Assembly: GCF_037133355.1 (NCBI RefSeq)
Contig: NZ_JBAXOI010000017.1
Location: forward strand, 22,012 to 86,011
Origin: Novosphingobium sp.
Lineage (GTDB): Bacteria > Pseudomonadota > Alphaproteobacteria > Sphingomonadales > Sphingomonadaceae
Reading direction: 5' to 3'
DNA length: 64,000 nt
The notes under the pieces are model-generated. The model was not told the origin of the DNA. It made no database searches and saw only the letters and a list, made by a program, of their open reading frames with translations. Shown here piece by piece: positions 28,186 through 37,459 of the stretch. Position 1 is the first letter of the stretch; every line of letters begins with the position of its first letter. The position numbers and the translations under genes are program-made.

Positions 28186-29535
28186 TCAGTTGTCGCGGAA
28201 CGAGCGCATGAACTGGTCCATCAGCGGCTTCGTCAGGTAGGAGAGCATCGAGCGGTTGCCCGTCTCGATATAGACCTCGGCCGGCATGCCGCTGCGCAGC
28301 GCCAGGCCCTCCTTCTTCACCGCTGCCAGATCGACCTCGATCCGCACCATGTAGAAGGCCTGCCTGGCTTCGGCATTCTCGCTCCGGTCGGTCGCGACAT
28401 AGGTCACGTGGCCGAGGATTTCCGGCGTGGTCGGCCGGTTGAATGAACTGAAGCGCACGCGTGCAGGTTGGCCCTTCATCACCTGATCGATGTCGGTCGG
28501 GCTGATCATCGCCTCGACCACGAAGACATCGCGGTCCGGAACGATTTCCATGATCGGTTCGGCCGGGCGCACCACGTCGCCGATTGCGGCGAAGGCGATC
28601 TTCTCGATCGTGCCGGTATAGGGCGCGCGGATTTCGCTGCGGTCCTGCTGGTCCGAGGCGGCAACGCTGCGCAGTTGCTGCTGATTGAGCGCGGTGTTGA
28701 CCTGCGCCAGCTCGGTCCCCGCCTGCACGCGCCGTGTCTGGCCGAGCTGGATCGACTGTTCCTGCGCCTCGGTGATCCGGGCGCGGGCCTGCGCGATCTG
28801 CGCCTGCAGCGAGCCGACATTGCCATCGAGATCTACTGCGGTGCGTTCCAGCTGATTCAGCCGGTTGATCGTAACGAGCTGCTTGTCCCACAAGTCCTTC
28901 ACACCCTGCCGCTCGGGCTCGATCAGCTTGCGCTGCTGCTTGAGCGCGGCCATCTGGCTTTCCAGCCCGCGGATTTCCTCGTTGTATTGCAGGACACGCG
29001 CGGCCAGCTGGGCGCGAAGGCCCGCTTCCTCGCTCTGGCGGATCGAGAACAGGCGCGCTTCGTCGGCCATGGCCTTGGCCGCGCTGGGATTGGCCGAGCC
29101 GGTCAGCTGCGCCGGGAACACGATCTTGCCCGAACCCAGCCGCTCCGCTTCCAGCCGCGCCTTCTGCGCGAGGAGCTGTTCGACCGTGAGGTTGGAATAT
29201 GTCGCGTCCGCGCCGGTCACCCGGTCGTCGAGCCGCATCAGCAATTGGCCCTGCTTCACGTGCTCGCCGTTGCGCACAAAGATCGCCTTGATCACGCCGC
29301 CGGTGGGATGCGCGATTCGCTTGACCCGCGATTCCACGCCGACCGAGCCGCCGCCGATGACGGCGCCGCCCATTGGCAGGACCGCAGCGAGCACCAGGAG
29401 CAGCAGAAACAGTCCGCCGACCGTCATCAGCAGCCGCCGCAGCAGGACCGGTGCCTTGGCCTTGTCCCCGCCTTCCTCGCCGAACGCCGGCAGCAGCTGG
29501 CGCGCGCTATCGGGAATGGTGGTCGGCATGTTCAT
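28186..29535 (-). CDS. HlyD-family type I secretion membrane-fusion (periplasmic adaptor) protein
   Basis: N-terminal TM LLMTVGGLFLLLLVLAAVL; HPTGGVIKAIFVRNGEHVKQGQLLMRLDD lipoyl-like hairpin; long coiled coil; RAPYTGTIEKI...GMPAEVYI. The start overlaps the ABC gene stop by 4 nt. Confidence 0.9.
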   Translation of the reverse strand: MNMPTTIPDSARQLLPAFGEEGGDKAKAPVLLRRLLMTVGGLFLLLLVLAAVLPMGGAVIGGGSVGVESRVKRIAHPTGGVIKAIFVRNGEHVKQGQLLMRLDDRVTGADATYSNLTVEQLLAQKARLEAERLGSGKIVFPAQLTGSANPSAAKAMADEARLFSIRQSEEAGLRAQLAARVLQYNEEIRGLESQMAALKQQRKLIEPERQGVKDLWDKQLVTINRLNQLERTAVDLDGNVGSLQAQIAQARARITEAQEQSIQLGQTRRVQAGTELAQVNTALNQQQLRSVAASDQQDRSEIRAPYTGTIEKIAFAAIGDVVRPAEPIMEIVPDRDVFVVEAMISPTDIDQVMKGQPARVRFSSFNRPTTPEILGHVTYVATDRSENAEARQAFYMVRIEVDLAAVKKEGLALRSGMPAEVYIETGNRSMLSYLTKPLMDQFMRSFRDN

Positions 29536-31331
29536 GCGTTTGCTTCCCTGTTGCCCTGCGGCGTACCCGGCTTGCCGCCCGCCGCGCGCGCTGCGGCTTC
29601 AGCCTGCGCCTGAGCTGTCGGTGTGTTGGGCGGCTGGACTTGCGGGTTCTGCGCCTGCATCCGCTGCATTACCTCGTCACGCGGACCAAAATCCGAAAGA
29701 CGACCACCGTTGATGACGGCAAGGTGGGTTGAAGGGCCGAGCGTGGCCGGGCGATGCGTGATCATGATGACAATGCCGCCGCGAGCGCGAACCCCGGCAA
29801 CGGCGTTTGCCAGCGCGGCATCGCCCGCCGCGTCGAGATTGGAGTTGGCCTCGTCGAGCACGAGCAGGAAGGGATCGCCATAAAGCGCGCGAGCGAGGCC
29901 GACACGTTGGCGCTGCCCGGCCGAAAGCTCGACCGCACCGGCCGAGACCGGCGTTTCATAGCCGTCCGGAAGCGCAAGGATCACTTCGTGCATGCCCGCA
30001 GCCTTGGCCGCAGCCATGATAGCGTCCGATGTTGCCTCGGGATCGAAGCGCGCGATGTTCTGGCCGATCGTGCCGTCCACCAGATCGACCGTCTGGGGCA
30101 CGTAGCCGAAATAGCTGCCCAGCGTTTCCGGTTCCCACTGGTCGAGAGTCGCGCCGTCGAGCCGCACTTCGCCGCGGTTGGGTTTCCAGATGCCGAGGAT
30201 CGCTCGCACCAGTGTCGTCTTGCCCGCCGCGCTCGGCCCGATCACCGCCAGCACTTGCCCCGGGGTCAGCGTCAACGACACGCCCGAGAGTGTGAAGCGC
30301 TGGGTACCCGGCGGCGCGACCCAAATGTCGCGGATCGAAAGCTCGGCCGATGGGCGCTCAAGTGTCACGCCGCGGGCCTGCGGCTTGCGGAAGGTCGACA
30401 CGGCTTGCGCGATGCGGCCCCAGCCGTTGCGCGCCGCAACGAGGCCCTTCCAGTTCGCGATGGCCTGATCGACCGGCGCCAACGCGCGGCCCGAGAGCAC
30501 CGACGAGGCAAGGATCACGCCGCCGCTGGCCTGACCGTCGATCACGAGGAGCGCACCGACCGAGAGAATCAGCGACTGCAGCAGCATGCGGAACGCCTTG
30601 CTCGCCCCGCCGAGCCGCGAAACAGTGCGCGAAAGATAGGACTGCGCCTCGATGAAGTTGGTTTCCCAACCGGCGGTGCGTGCCACCAGCCGCTCCTGCA
30701 TGCCCATGGCGAGCGCGCTTTCGGCGAAGCGGATTTCCGATAGCGCGGCGGCCGAGCGGCGGCCGGTGATATTGGCAAGCTCGCGCGATCCTGCCTGTGT
30801 GCGCCGGTTCGAGATGATCGCTATGGCCGCCATCACGAACACCCCGGCCAGCGCGGTCAGCCCCAGCCACCAGTGCAGTGCGAAGAGCACGATTAGGAAC
30901 ATGATCACCCATGGCAGATCGATCAGGGCGACCGGTCCTTGCCCGGCGAGGAAGGTGTGAACGGAATCGAGGTCACGCGTGAACTGAAGGCCGTCGCCCT
31001 TGTCCGCTCCGGCGCGCAAGGGGCGGGTCACGGTGGCATAGTGCACCGCCTCGAACAGGTCGTCGTGCACGCCGTTGGCGATGCCCAGCAGCGCTTCGGC
31101 ACGGATCGCCTCGAAAACCGACTGGAAAGCATAGATGAGCAGCAGCATGCCGAACAGGCCGATCAGCGTCGGCACACTTTTGCTTGGCAACACCGAATCG
31201 TAGACCAACAGCATGTAGGCCGAGCCGGCGAATACCAGCACGTTGAGCATCACGCTGGCGATTGCGACAAGGATAAGCCCGCTGCGATAACGCCGCGTGA
31301 AAAGCTGCAAGAATTGACGATCGATGCTCAT
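29532..31331 (-). CDS. Type I secretion system ABC permease/ATPase (PrtD/AprD type, no C39 peptidase domain)
   Basis: N-terminal six-TM domain, Walker A GPSAAGKTT, signature LSAGQRQRVGLARAL, Walker B LLVLDEANSNLD. Confidence 0.9.
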   Translation of the reverse strand: MSIDRQFLQLFTRRYRSGLILVAIASVMLNVLVFAGSAYMLLVYDSVLPSKSVPTLIGLFGMLLLIYAFQSVFEAIRAEALLGIANGVHDDLFEAVHYATVTRPLRAGADKGDGLQFTRDLDSVHTFLAGQGPVALIDLPWVIMFLIVLFALHWWLGLTALAGVFVMAAIAIISNRRTQAGSRELANITGRRSAAALSEIRFAESALAMGMQERLVARTAGWETNFIEAQSYLSRTVSRLGGASKAFRMLLQSLILSVGALLVIDGQASGGVILASSVLSGRALAPVDQAIANWKGLVAARNGWGRIAQAVSTFRKPQARGVTLERPSAELSIRDIWVAPPGTQRFTLSGVSLTLTPGQVLAVIGPSAAGKTTLVRAILGIWKPNRGEVRLDGATLDQWEPETLGSYFGYVPQTVDLVDGTIGQNIARFDPEATSDAIMAAAKAAGMHEVILALPDGYETPVSAGAVELSAGQRQRVGLARALYGDPFLLVLDEANSNLDAAGDAALANAVAGVRARGGIVIMITHRPATLGPSTHLAVINGGRLSDFGPRDEVMQRMQAQNPQVQPPNTPTAQAQAEAAARAAGGKPGTPQGNREANA

Positions 31332-31568
31332 ACCACTCCTGACGGCCGGCGGTTAACCGATCGGACCCGTCCCATCAAGAGCGAATGCATGCTCAAACCT
31401 CCAGGATGGGGATAGTCCACTCTTTTCAAACACCCTGGTAAAAAACTCCATTAAGACAGTGCTTAAGGAGTATGCTGTGATCGACGCTGAAACCAAACTG
31501 GATCGCCCGGTGCGCCTATGCCAAGCCCTACCCAGGCACACACCCAGAGCTTGAAGCCAATCACCGCT

Positions 31569-31979
31569 TCAGACGGGACGAGGCGCGTCCCGGATTGGCT
31601 GCGCCTCAACAGGAGAAGCAGGAGGCAAAAGTTGGCGGTGCGGAGCGAGGCGCAGCGCGTCGGACAGCTCGATCACGACCGTGATGGCCCGCGCCTCTTC
31701 CGGGGTGAGGCCGGCAAAATCGGGGAGGAAGGCGCGTGCCGCCTGGATTAGATTGCCCGGACTTCGCTCCAGTTCGGAGCGGTATTGCGCAAGGCTCATG
31801 CAGCCGTCGATCGCTGCCCAGTCGATGCCGCCCGGCCCCGGGCGCTGATGGAACGCCCAGAGCGCCTGGATCGCCTGCTCCACCGCCAGGCGGGCAAGTT
31901 CGCCCGCCGCACCGGGCGAGGCGCGTGCCTTGAGTTTCTGGCGATAGCGGCGTTGCCGCTCGGCGTTGGATAGGGCCAT
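31569..31979 (-). CDS. Hypothetical protein (136 aa)
   Basis: ORF with GC-rich third positions starting MALSNAERQRRYRQKLKAR. No family was recognised. The start was taken as the ATG at 31979. Confidence 0.45.
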   Translation of the reverse strand: MALSNAERQRRYRQKLKARASPGAAGELARLAVEQAIQALWAFHQRPGPGGIDWAAIDGCMSLAQYRSELERSPGNLIQAARAFLPDFAGLTPEEARAITVVIELSDALRLAPHRQLLPPASPVEAQPIRDAPRPV

Positions 31980-32160
31980 GCCGGGGCCTATCACCCCGCG
32001 CATCGCCGCCGTGCAATCCGCAACACCCCGTTACGTAACCTTGCGTAGCGGCGCGGTCAGGGTCTGGAAGTGTATTGACCTCGGTCAATTTCGCGGCCCA
32101 GGGCGCATGCTAGGCCCATAATGCCGGGGCCGTTCCGGCGGTGTTGCGGGAGACGAGGCC

Positions 32161-32601
32161 ATGGCGCCGGTGCCAAACACGCAGGCGGACCGCCGCGCGC
32201 TGCGGCGCGCGATACCCGGTACCGCTCTGTTCGACGGGGAGCTTGCCCAGCGCGGCTTCGCACTCAACGCGATGTGCTATTCGTTCAACGACGCGGCCAA
32301 CCGCGCGGCTTTCCTTGCCGACGAGGAGGGCTATTGCCGCAGCTTCGGCCTTGGTTCCGAGCAGCGCGCCGCAGTCGCTGCGCGCGATGTCCCGGCCATG
32401 CTCGCTGCAGGCGGCAACGTCTATTATCTCGCCAAACTGGCCGGCATTTTCGGGCTAAACGTGCAGGATCTCGGCGCGCTCCAGACCGGGCGCAGCGTGG
32501 CGGATTTCAAAGCTATGCTGCTGGCGGCACGCAGCGGAGTCGATCCCGCGCTTGGAGGGCTGCATCTCGGCTTAGCGGCGCGCCGACGGGAGCATGCGTG
32601 A
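32161..32601 (+). CDS. ligA: LigA-type alpha subunit of a class III extradiol dioxygenase (protocatechuate 4,5-dioxygenase-like)
   Basis: IPGTALFDGELAQRGFALNAMCYSFNDAANRAAFLADEEGY...GGNVYYLAKLAGIFG parallels Sphingobium LigA (IPGTRVFTAQRARKGYNLNQF...GGNVYFLSKL). The stop overlaps the ligB start (gTGATGg). Confidence 0.8.
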   Translation: MAPVPNTQADRRALRRAIPGTALFDGELAQRGFALNAMCYSFNDAANRAAFLADEEGYCRSFGLGSEQRAAVAARDVPAMLAAGGNVYYLAKLAGIFGLNVQDLGALQTGRSVADFKAMLLAARSGVDPALGGLHLGLAARRREHA

Positions 32602-33443
32602 TGGCTGATATTGTCGGCGGATATTTCACCAGCCACGTCCCCGCGATCGGCGGGGCGATCCAGCGCGGCGAGCAGGAGGCGGACTACTGGAAGCCCTTCT
32701 TCGACGGCTTCCCGCCGGTGCGCCGCTGGCTTGCCGATGCCGCCCCGGATGTCGCAGTCGTGTTCTACAACGATCACGGGCTCAACTTCTTTCTCGATGC
32801 CATGCCGACCTTCGCGGTGGGCGCCGCAGCGGCGTACCACAATGCTGACGAGGGCTGGGGTTTGCCGGTCTACAAGAGCTTCACCGGCCATCCCAACCTT
32901 TCATGGCACCTGATCGAGGCGCTGGTGGAGGCCGAATTCGACATCACGACATGCCAGAAGATGCAGGTCGATCACGCGCTCTCGATTCCCTTTGAACTGG
33001 CCTGGCCGGACGTCGAAGCCTGGCCGGTGAAGCTTGTGCCGGTTGCGATCAACACCGTGCAGTTCCCGCTCCCTTCGCCGCCCCGCTGCCTCGCGCTGGG
33101 GCGGGCGGTGGGCGCGGCGCTGCGCAGCTGGCCGGGGACCGAGCGCATCGTGGTCATGGGCACGGGTGGGCTTTCGCACCAGCTCGAAGGCAGTCGTGCC
33201 GGGTTCATCAATCCCGATTACGACCGCTTCTGCCTCGATCACCTTGCCGCCGACCCTGCCGCGCTTACTGCGCATTCGGCCGAGGAAGTGGCCGAACTCG
33301 CCGGCACGCAGGGGGTGGAGATCCTCAACTGGATCGCCGCTCGCGGGGCACTGGGCGATGCGCCGCTAGCCATGGTCATGCGCAACTACCATGTGCCGAT
33401 CAGCAACACGGCGGCCGCAACGGTGGTGCTGGAGCCGGCCTGA
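32601..33443 (+). CDS. ligB: LigB-type catalytic beta subunit of a class III extradiol dioxygenase
   Basis: MADIVGGYFTSHVPAIGGAIQ...VVFYNDHGLNFFLDAMPTFAVG...DEGWG...MQVDHALSIPF...GTGGLSHQLEGSRAGFIN...YHVPISNTA. The listed 440-aa ORF includes an out-of-context N-terminal extension that overlaps ligA. Confidence 0.88.
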   Translation: MADIVGGYFTSHVPAIGGAIQRGEQEADYWKPFFDGFPPVRRWLADAAPDVAVVFYNDHGLNFFLDAMPTFAVGAAAAYHNADEGWGLPVYKSFTGHPNLSWHLIEALVEAEFDITTCQKMQVDHALSIPFELAWPDVEAWPVKLVPVAINTVQFPLPSPPRCLALGRAVGAALRSWPGTERIVVMGTGGLSHQLEGSRAGFINPDYDRFCLDHLAADPAALTAHSAEEVAELAGTQGVEILNWIAARGALGDAPLAMVMRNYHVPISNTAAATVVLEPA

Positions 33444-33467
33444 GCCTGTGTGGCCCGGCGCGCAGGC

Positions 33468-34094
33468 TCAGTCGGCCGGATCGTTCACCGCGAGGAGCGC
33501 GAGCTCCGTCCGGTTCTCGATGCCCAGCTTCTGATACATCGCGTGGAGGTAGACCTTCACCGTGCCTTCGCCGATGCCGAGTTCGCCGCCGATATCCCGG
33601 TTGCGCATGCCGCGCGCCACAAGCCGGGCGATGCGCCGCTCGCGCTGGTTGAGCCGCTCGAGCGGCCCGCCGGTCTCGGCGCTGAGCGAGAGGTCGAGCG
33701 CGCGCTGTAGCAGCGCGGCATCGACTGCCTTGCCACCGGCATGCACTTTTTCCAGCACGTCGATCAGCTCGCCCTCGGCGCCGTCCTTGCAGACGATCCC
33801 CTCGACCCCGGCGCGCATTACCGCCAGCAGCTGGCGATCGCTGATCCCCGCCGTCAGCAGCACAATCGCCCGCCGGTCGCCTCTCGCGCGGAGCGCTTCC
33901 AGCGTCTGCACGCCGTTCATGCCGGGCATATTGATGTCGAGCAGCACGATCGCAGGATCATGCATGGCGATGGCGGCAAGCGTCTCCTCGCCGCTCGCCG
34001 TTGCGGCGACAATCTGGAAGCGGCTGCCTCTGAGCACCGCTTCTACGCCCGCACGGATGAAGCCGTGGTCGTCGGCTACCAGGACAGGAATCAT
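33468..34094 (-). CDS. NarL/FixJ-family response regulator (REC plus LuxR-type HTH)
   Basis: VLVADDHGFIR...IVLLDINMPGMNG...LLTA and C-terminal LNQRERRIARLVARGMRNRDIGGELGIGEGTVKVYLHAMYQKLG. The start overlaps the kinase stop by 1 nt (TGATG). Confidence 0.92.
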   Translation of the reverse strand: MIPVLVADDHGFIRAGVEAVLRGSRFQIVAATASGEETLAAIAMHDPAIVLLDINMPGMNGVQTLEALRARGDRRAIVLLTAGISDRQLLAVMRAGVEGIVCKDGAEGELIDVLEKVHAGGKAVDAALLQRALDLSLSAETGGPLERLNQRERRIARLVARGMRNRDIGGELGIGEGTVKVYLHAMYQKLGIENRTELALLAVNDPAD

Positions 34095-35737
34095 CAGGCA
34101 ATCCTATTCGGGAGGGCGATCTCGAGCAAGACGCCAGGGTCGCTATGGCAGATCGAAAGCGTGCCGCCCAGAGCCTCTACACGCTCGCTGATCGATCGGG
34201 GGCGGGGGGCCGGATCGGCCTTGGGAAAGCCGTTGCCGTCGTCGGCGATGCGCAAGGACAGCGCGGCGCCTTGACGGCCTACCGAGACGACGACCTCGCG
34301 GCATTGTCCGTGCCGGGCGGCATTGGCCACGGCCTCGCGCAGCACTTGCCGCAGTTCGTAGGCAAGGCCGATCGAGATAGGCAGCGGCCTAACCTGGCAA
34401 TCGAGCCGCACCGCGATATGCCAGTGCTGGCCCATCTCGCCGAGCAGCGTTTCGATCTCTTCGGCTAGGTCGGTTCGCCGGTCGCCCTCCTCGCCGCGGC
34501 GCAAGCGCTGGATCATCGCGCGCAGTTCGCCCTGCTCGCGGCGCAAGGCCGACTTGAGGTCGTTGATCTCGTCGGTGGGGTCGAGCCCCTCGCGGATCCA
34601 GCGGGTCAGCGCCTCGAGCCGGAACAGCGTACCGGCGAGGAACTGGGCCACGCTGTCGTGCAGGTCGCGCGCGAGCGTGTCGCGCAGCGATGCCGCCGAG
34701 GCGGCCTGGGCCAGTTCGGCTAGGCCCTCGCGGTCGAGTTCGCTGCTGAGGTGCCGGCCAATGGCCTCGACCATCGGCAAGTCGTCGGTGCACATGTCGG
34801 GAATGCCCCAGATCAGCAGCTGTCCCGGCCCGGCGGCGGTCTCGAAGGTGACCAGGATGCCTTCCTCTACGCCGCAGTGCACCGCCAGCGGCGCCTCCAC
34901 CGGACCCGGCACGGCTATAGGGTGGGCACTGGCGCGACTCACGATCCGGCGTCCGCGCCGCAGATCGATCAGCGCGGCCCGGTCCGGCTCAGCCTGCCCG
35001 TCCTCGAGCGCATCGGGGCCAAGCCGGTCCATGATCACGGCATAACCGGAATCGCGCAGAACCTCGGTCCAGGGCTCTTCCGCGCGCGCCACCGCAATCG
35101 CCGCCCCGCTTGCCTGAAGCGTGGCGCGTGCGAATGTCAGCGTGTCGACGAGAATGGCGGTGCGCCGCTCGCCCGGTGTGCCGGGGGTGCGCGGCATCGG
35201 CACAGCGCGTGCGGTGCGCTGTTCGCCGCTGAGCCAGACCATCATGATCGAGAGCACACCGAGGTACATCAGCCGCCGCCCGTAGCGGTAGGGCTCGATC
35301 GGCATGCCCAGTGCGAACAGGCCCGCGCCCACGATCAGGTTGAGCGCGACCAGCGCGATCGAAGTCCAGGCTACCGCCGACCAGCCCCAGCGCAAGGTTG
35401 CGCTGATCAGCAGGAAGGCAGTGAGCGACATGAAGGGGCTGTTGAAATCGCCCTTGCTCGCCACGGAGAAGTAGGCCGCGCCGACCAGGGCGACCGTGTC
35501 GATCACATGGACCGTCGGGGCGAGGCGGAATTCCCACCACCAGCTGCGCCAGGCCACCACGATCATCGCGGTCGCGCCCGCAAGGTAGATGGCGAGCGCG
35601 AGGTAGATCGCGCTGAAGGGCGGCCGAGGGGCCGACGGATCGATCAGAAGAGCGAGGATGAAGACGAGAGCCATAGCGGCACGGCTGGTCGCGAGAACCT
35701 TACCTGTTCGCCTTGCGAACATTCTCCGCCGCTTCAC
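34094..35737 (-). CDS. Membrane sensor histidine kinase (HisKA_3/NarX-DesK type)
   Basis: Five to six N-terminal TM helices; H-box LARDLHDSVAQFLAG; HATPase motifs LREAVANAARHG and ADDGNGF. Confidence 0.88.
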   Translation of the reverse strand: MKRRRMFARRTGKVLATSRAAMALVFILALLIDPSAPRPPFSAIYLALAIYLAGATAMIVVAWRSWWWEFRLAPTVHVIDTVALVGAAYFSVASKGDFNSPFMSLTAFLLISATLRWGWSAVAWTSIALVALNLIVGAGLFALGMPIEPYRYGRRLMYLGVLSIMMVWLSGEQRTARAVPMPRTPGTPGERRTAILVDTLTFARATLQASGAAIAVARAEEPWTEVLRDSGYAVIMDRLGPDALEDGQAEPDRAALIDLRRGRRIVSRASAHPIAVPGPVEAPLAVHCGVEEGILVTFETAAGPGQLLIWGIPDMCTDDLPMVEAIGRHLSSELDREGLAELAQAASAASLRDTLARDLHDSVAQFLAGTLFRLEALTRWIREGLDPTDEINDLKSALRREQGELRAMIQRLRRGEEGDRRTDLAEEIETLLGEMGQHWHIAVRLDCQVRPLPISIGLAYELRQVLREAVANAARHGQCREVVVSVGRQGAALSLRIADDGNGFPKADPAPRPRSISERVEALGGTLSICHSDPGVLLEIALPNRIA

Positions 35738-35915
35738 GTGCCTTCTCTCCGCGTAAATGCGTGTTTAACCAATGTTAGGAAATGTGTGACTTTTCTTGTC
35801 TCGCGCCATTCCGGATCGCACCAGACTTCGGATGATCACTTGTCCTTGCGGAGAATGCATTATTCCTCCACTTTTACCGCCGCAATGGCGTTTTCAAGCT
35901 TTCCGGTAGGACAAC

Positions 35916-36527
35916 ATGGATGAATCGGACCAATCTGTCGCATCGCTGCCCGCAAGGGCGGCCGATTCGGCATTGCAAAAGGCCGGTTCCGCCGCAGCGC
36001 TACTCGCTTCGCTGACCGCGAAGCAGCGCGCCGTGCTCGACCTTCTGATCGACCATCGGACCTCCAAGGAGATTTCCCGCATCCTAGGGATATCCCATCA
36101 CACGGTGGACCAGCGCATCATGCTGGCCCGCGCCAAGTTCGGCGTCGCCACCCGCGCGGAGGTGGCGCAAGCCTATCGTCGCCTCATCGCAGCGCACTCA
36201 GAAAACGCCTCCATATACGCACAACCCGTATACGACTTTTCCGACGTCGCGCCGTTGCCGGTTTTCCCGCACGATCTAGGCCGGGAAGACGCTGCGGTTT
36301 GGAGCCGGTCTTTGCCCGCCCGCCGTGAAGCCCTGGCAAGGGCTGTGCTTCACAGCGACGAGGCCTTGACCGAACCCTACCACCGTGTCCTCCCGGAGAT
36401 GTTCGACGGGTCGTACGGAACAATTGTAAGGCTGGGCACGATAGCGATCCTGGCCATGTTCCTGATACTGGTTGTGATGGGCGGGCTGGCGTTGTTCACG
36501 CAGCTTTCGCAGATCATCGCGCACTGA
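35916..36527 (+). CDS. LuxR/GerE-type HTH protein with a C-terminal transmembrane anchor
   Basis: LTAKQRAVLDLLIDHRTSKEISRILGISHHTVDQRIMLARAKFG (GerE HTH) near the N-terminus. C-terminal TM IVRLGTIAILAMFLILVVMGGLALF. Confidence 0.75.
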   Translation: MDESDQSVASLPARAADSALQKAGSAAALLASLTAKQRAVLDLLIDHRTSKEISRILGISHHTVDQRIMLARAKFGVATRAEVAQAYRRLIAAHSENASIYAQPVYDFSDVAPLPVFPHDLGREDAAVWSRSLPARREALARAVLHSDEALTEPYHRVLPEMFDGSYGTIVRLGTIAILAMFLILVVMGGLALFTQLSQIIAH

Positions 36528-36599
36528 CTCGGCGCGACCTCTCCTCGTACTTGCTTCAAGTTGAGCCCGTGGGGGGGCTCGAGGGTAGGAGACACTGCA

Positions 36600-36974
36600 A
36601 TGACCGCTTTCACCGACACGCCCACACCCGACATGCCGATTTCGGTGGCGCAGCAGCGCATCGCGCGCGATCTGCACCTGGCCGAGGCCGCACTGGATGA
36701 GGCGTTGGTGAGACAGGCTCGGCTTCTTGAGACGATGGTCGGTGCCCGGCGTGGAACCGGGGTAGCCCCGTTCCTTGGCCAGGATGCCCTGATGCGCCTC
36801 GTCAAGAGCCAGCAGGCCATGCTCGATGCCGGCGGCGAACTGGCCCGTGTCCACGGCCGACTCAGTGGGATCGCGGCCGAGACCTGCGGCGGCAACGATG
36901 CCTGTCCGCCTGCGGCGATCATTGCCGGTGACGACAGGACCGCAATGGACGAGCCGGCGGCGCGGGCGGCCTGA
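36600..36974 (+). CDS. Hypothetical soluble protein (124 aa)
   Basis: ATG at 36600 with GGAGA 7 nt upstream (the listed start at 36561 is TTG). Predicted helical; no family was recognised. Confidence 0.5.
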   Translation: MTAFTDTPTPDMPISVAQQRIARDLHLAEAALDEALVRQARLLETMVGARRGTGVAPFLGQDALMRLVKSQQAMLDAGGELARVHGRLSGIAAETCGGNDACPPAAIIAGDDRTAMDEPAARAA

Positions 36975-36994
36975 GGCCGGCCACGGCCGCATGA

Positions 36995-37459
36995 ATGGGA
37001 TCCCGACGTGCCATGACCTGGCTCTGGATTCTTCGCATCGCGCTGATCGCCACCGTGTTGTTCGCGGCCCGCAAGGGAGACGAGCCCGAGCGGCTGGTGG
37101 CAATAGTGCTGCTCTCCACATTCCTGCTGGATGTGGGCAATCATATGCTGTTCGGCGATCCGGCCTGGTACACGGTCAACCCGGGACACCTGGTGATCGA
37201 CAGCTGGGCTTTCTTCACTCTGCTTTGGGTGGCGCTCTACGCCAATCGCGGCTGGCCGCTGTGGGTTTCGGCCTCGCAGGTGCTGGTCGTGATGGGCCAC
37301 GTCGCCAAGCTGGGGGAAGTGGAGATGGTTCGCCGCGCCTATTGGACAATGACGCAAATGCCATTTCTGTTTCAACTTGTCGTTCTGGCGATCGGTACGG
37401 GCGCGCATGTCGAGCGCCAACGGCGGATCGGCCGCTATCACTCGTGGCGGCTCGCATGA
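36995..37459 (+). CDS. Hypothetical integral membrane protein (4-5 TM helices)
   Basis: Hydrophobic segments WLWILRIALIATVLFAA, LVAIVLLSTFLLDVG, VIDSWAFFTLLWVALYA, LWVSASQVLVVMGHV and MPFLFQLVVLAIGTG. Alternative start at ATG 37013. Confidence 0.6.
   Translation: MGSRRAMTWLWILRIALIATVLFAARKGDEPERLVAIVLLSTFLLDVGNHMLFGDPAWYTVNPGHLVIDSWAFFTLLWVALYANRGWPLWVSASQVLVVMGHVAKLGEVEMVRRAYWTMTQMPFLFQLVVLAIGTGAHVERQRRIGRYHSWRLA

Noticed and set aside
28175-28891. N-terminal 239 residues of the listed 841-aa ORF (26366-28891), which would make a giant TolC fusion.
   Set aside because: That part overlaps the HlyD-family gene in another frame and is Arg/Pro/Gly-rich. A proper ATG plus signal peptide occurs at 28174/28144, just downstream of the hlyD-type stop.
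32121-32600. N-terminal extension of the listed 440-aa ORF that contains LigB.
   Set aside because: It overlaps ligA out of frame and is Arg-rich. The LigB homology begins exactly at ATG 32601, which overlaps the ligA stop.
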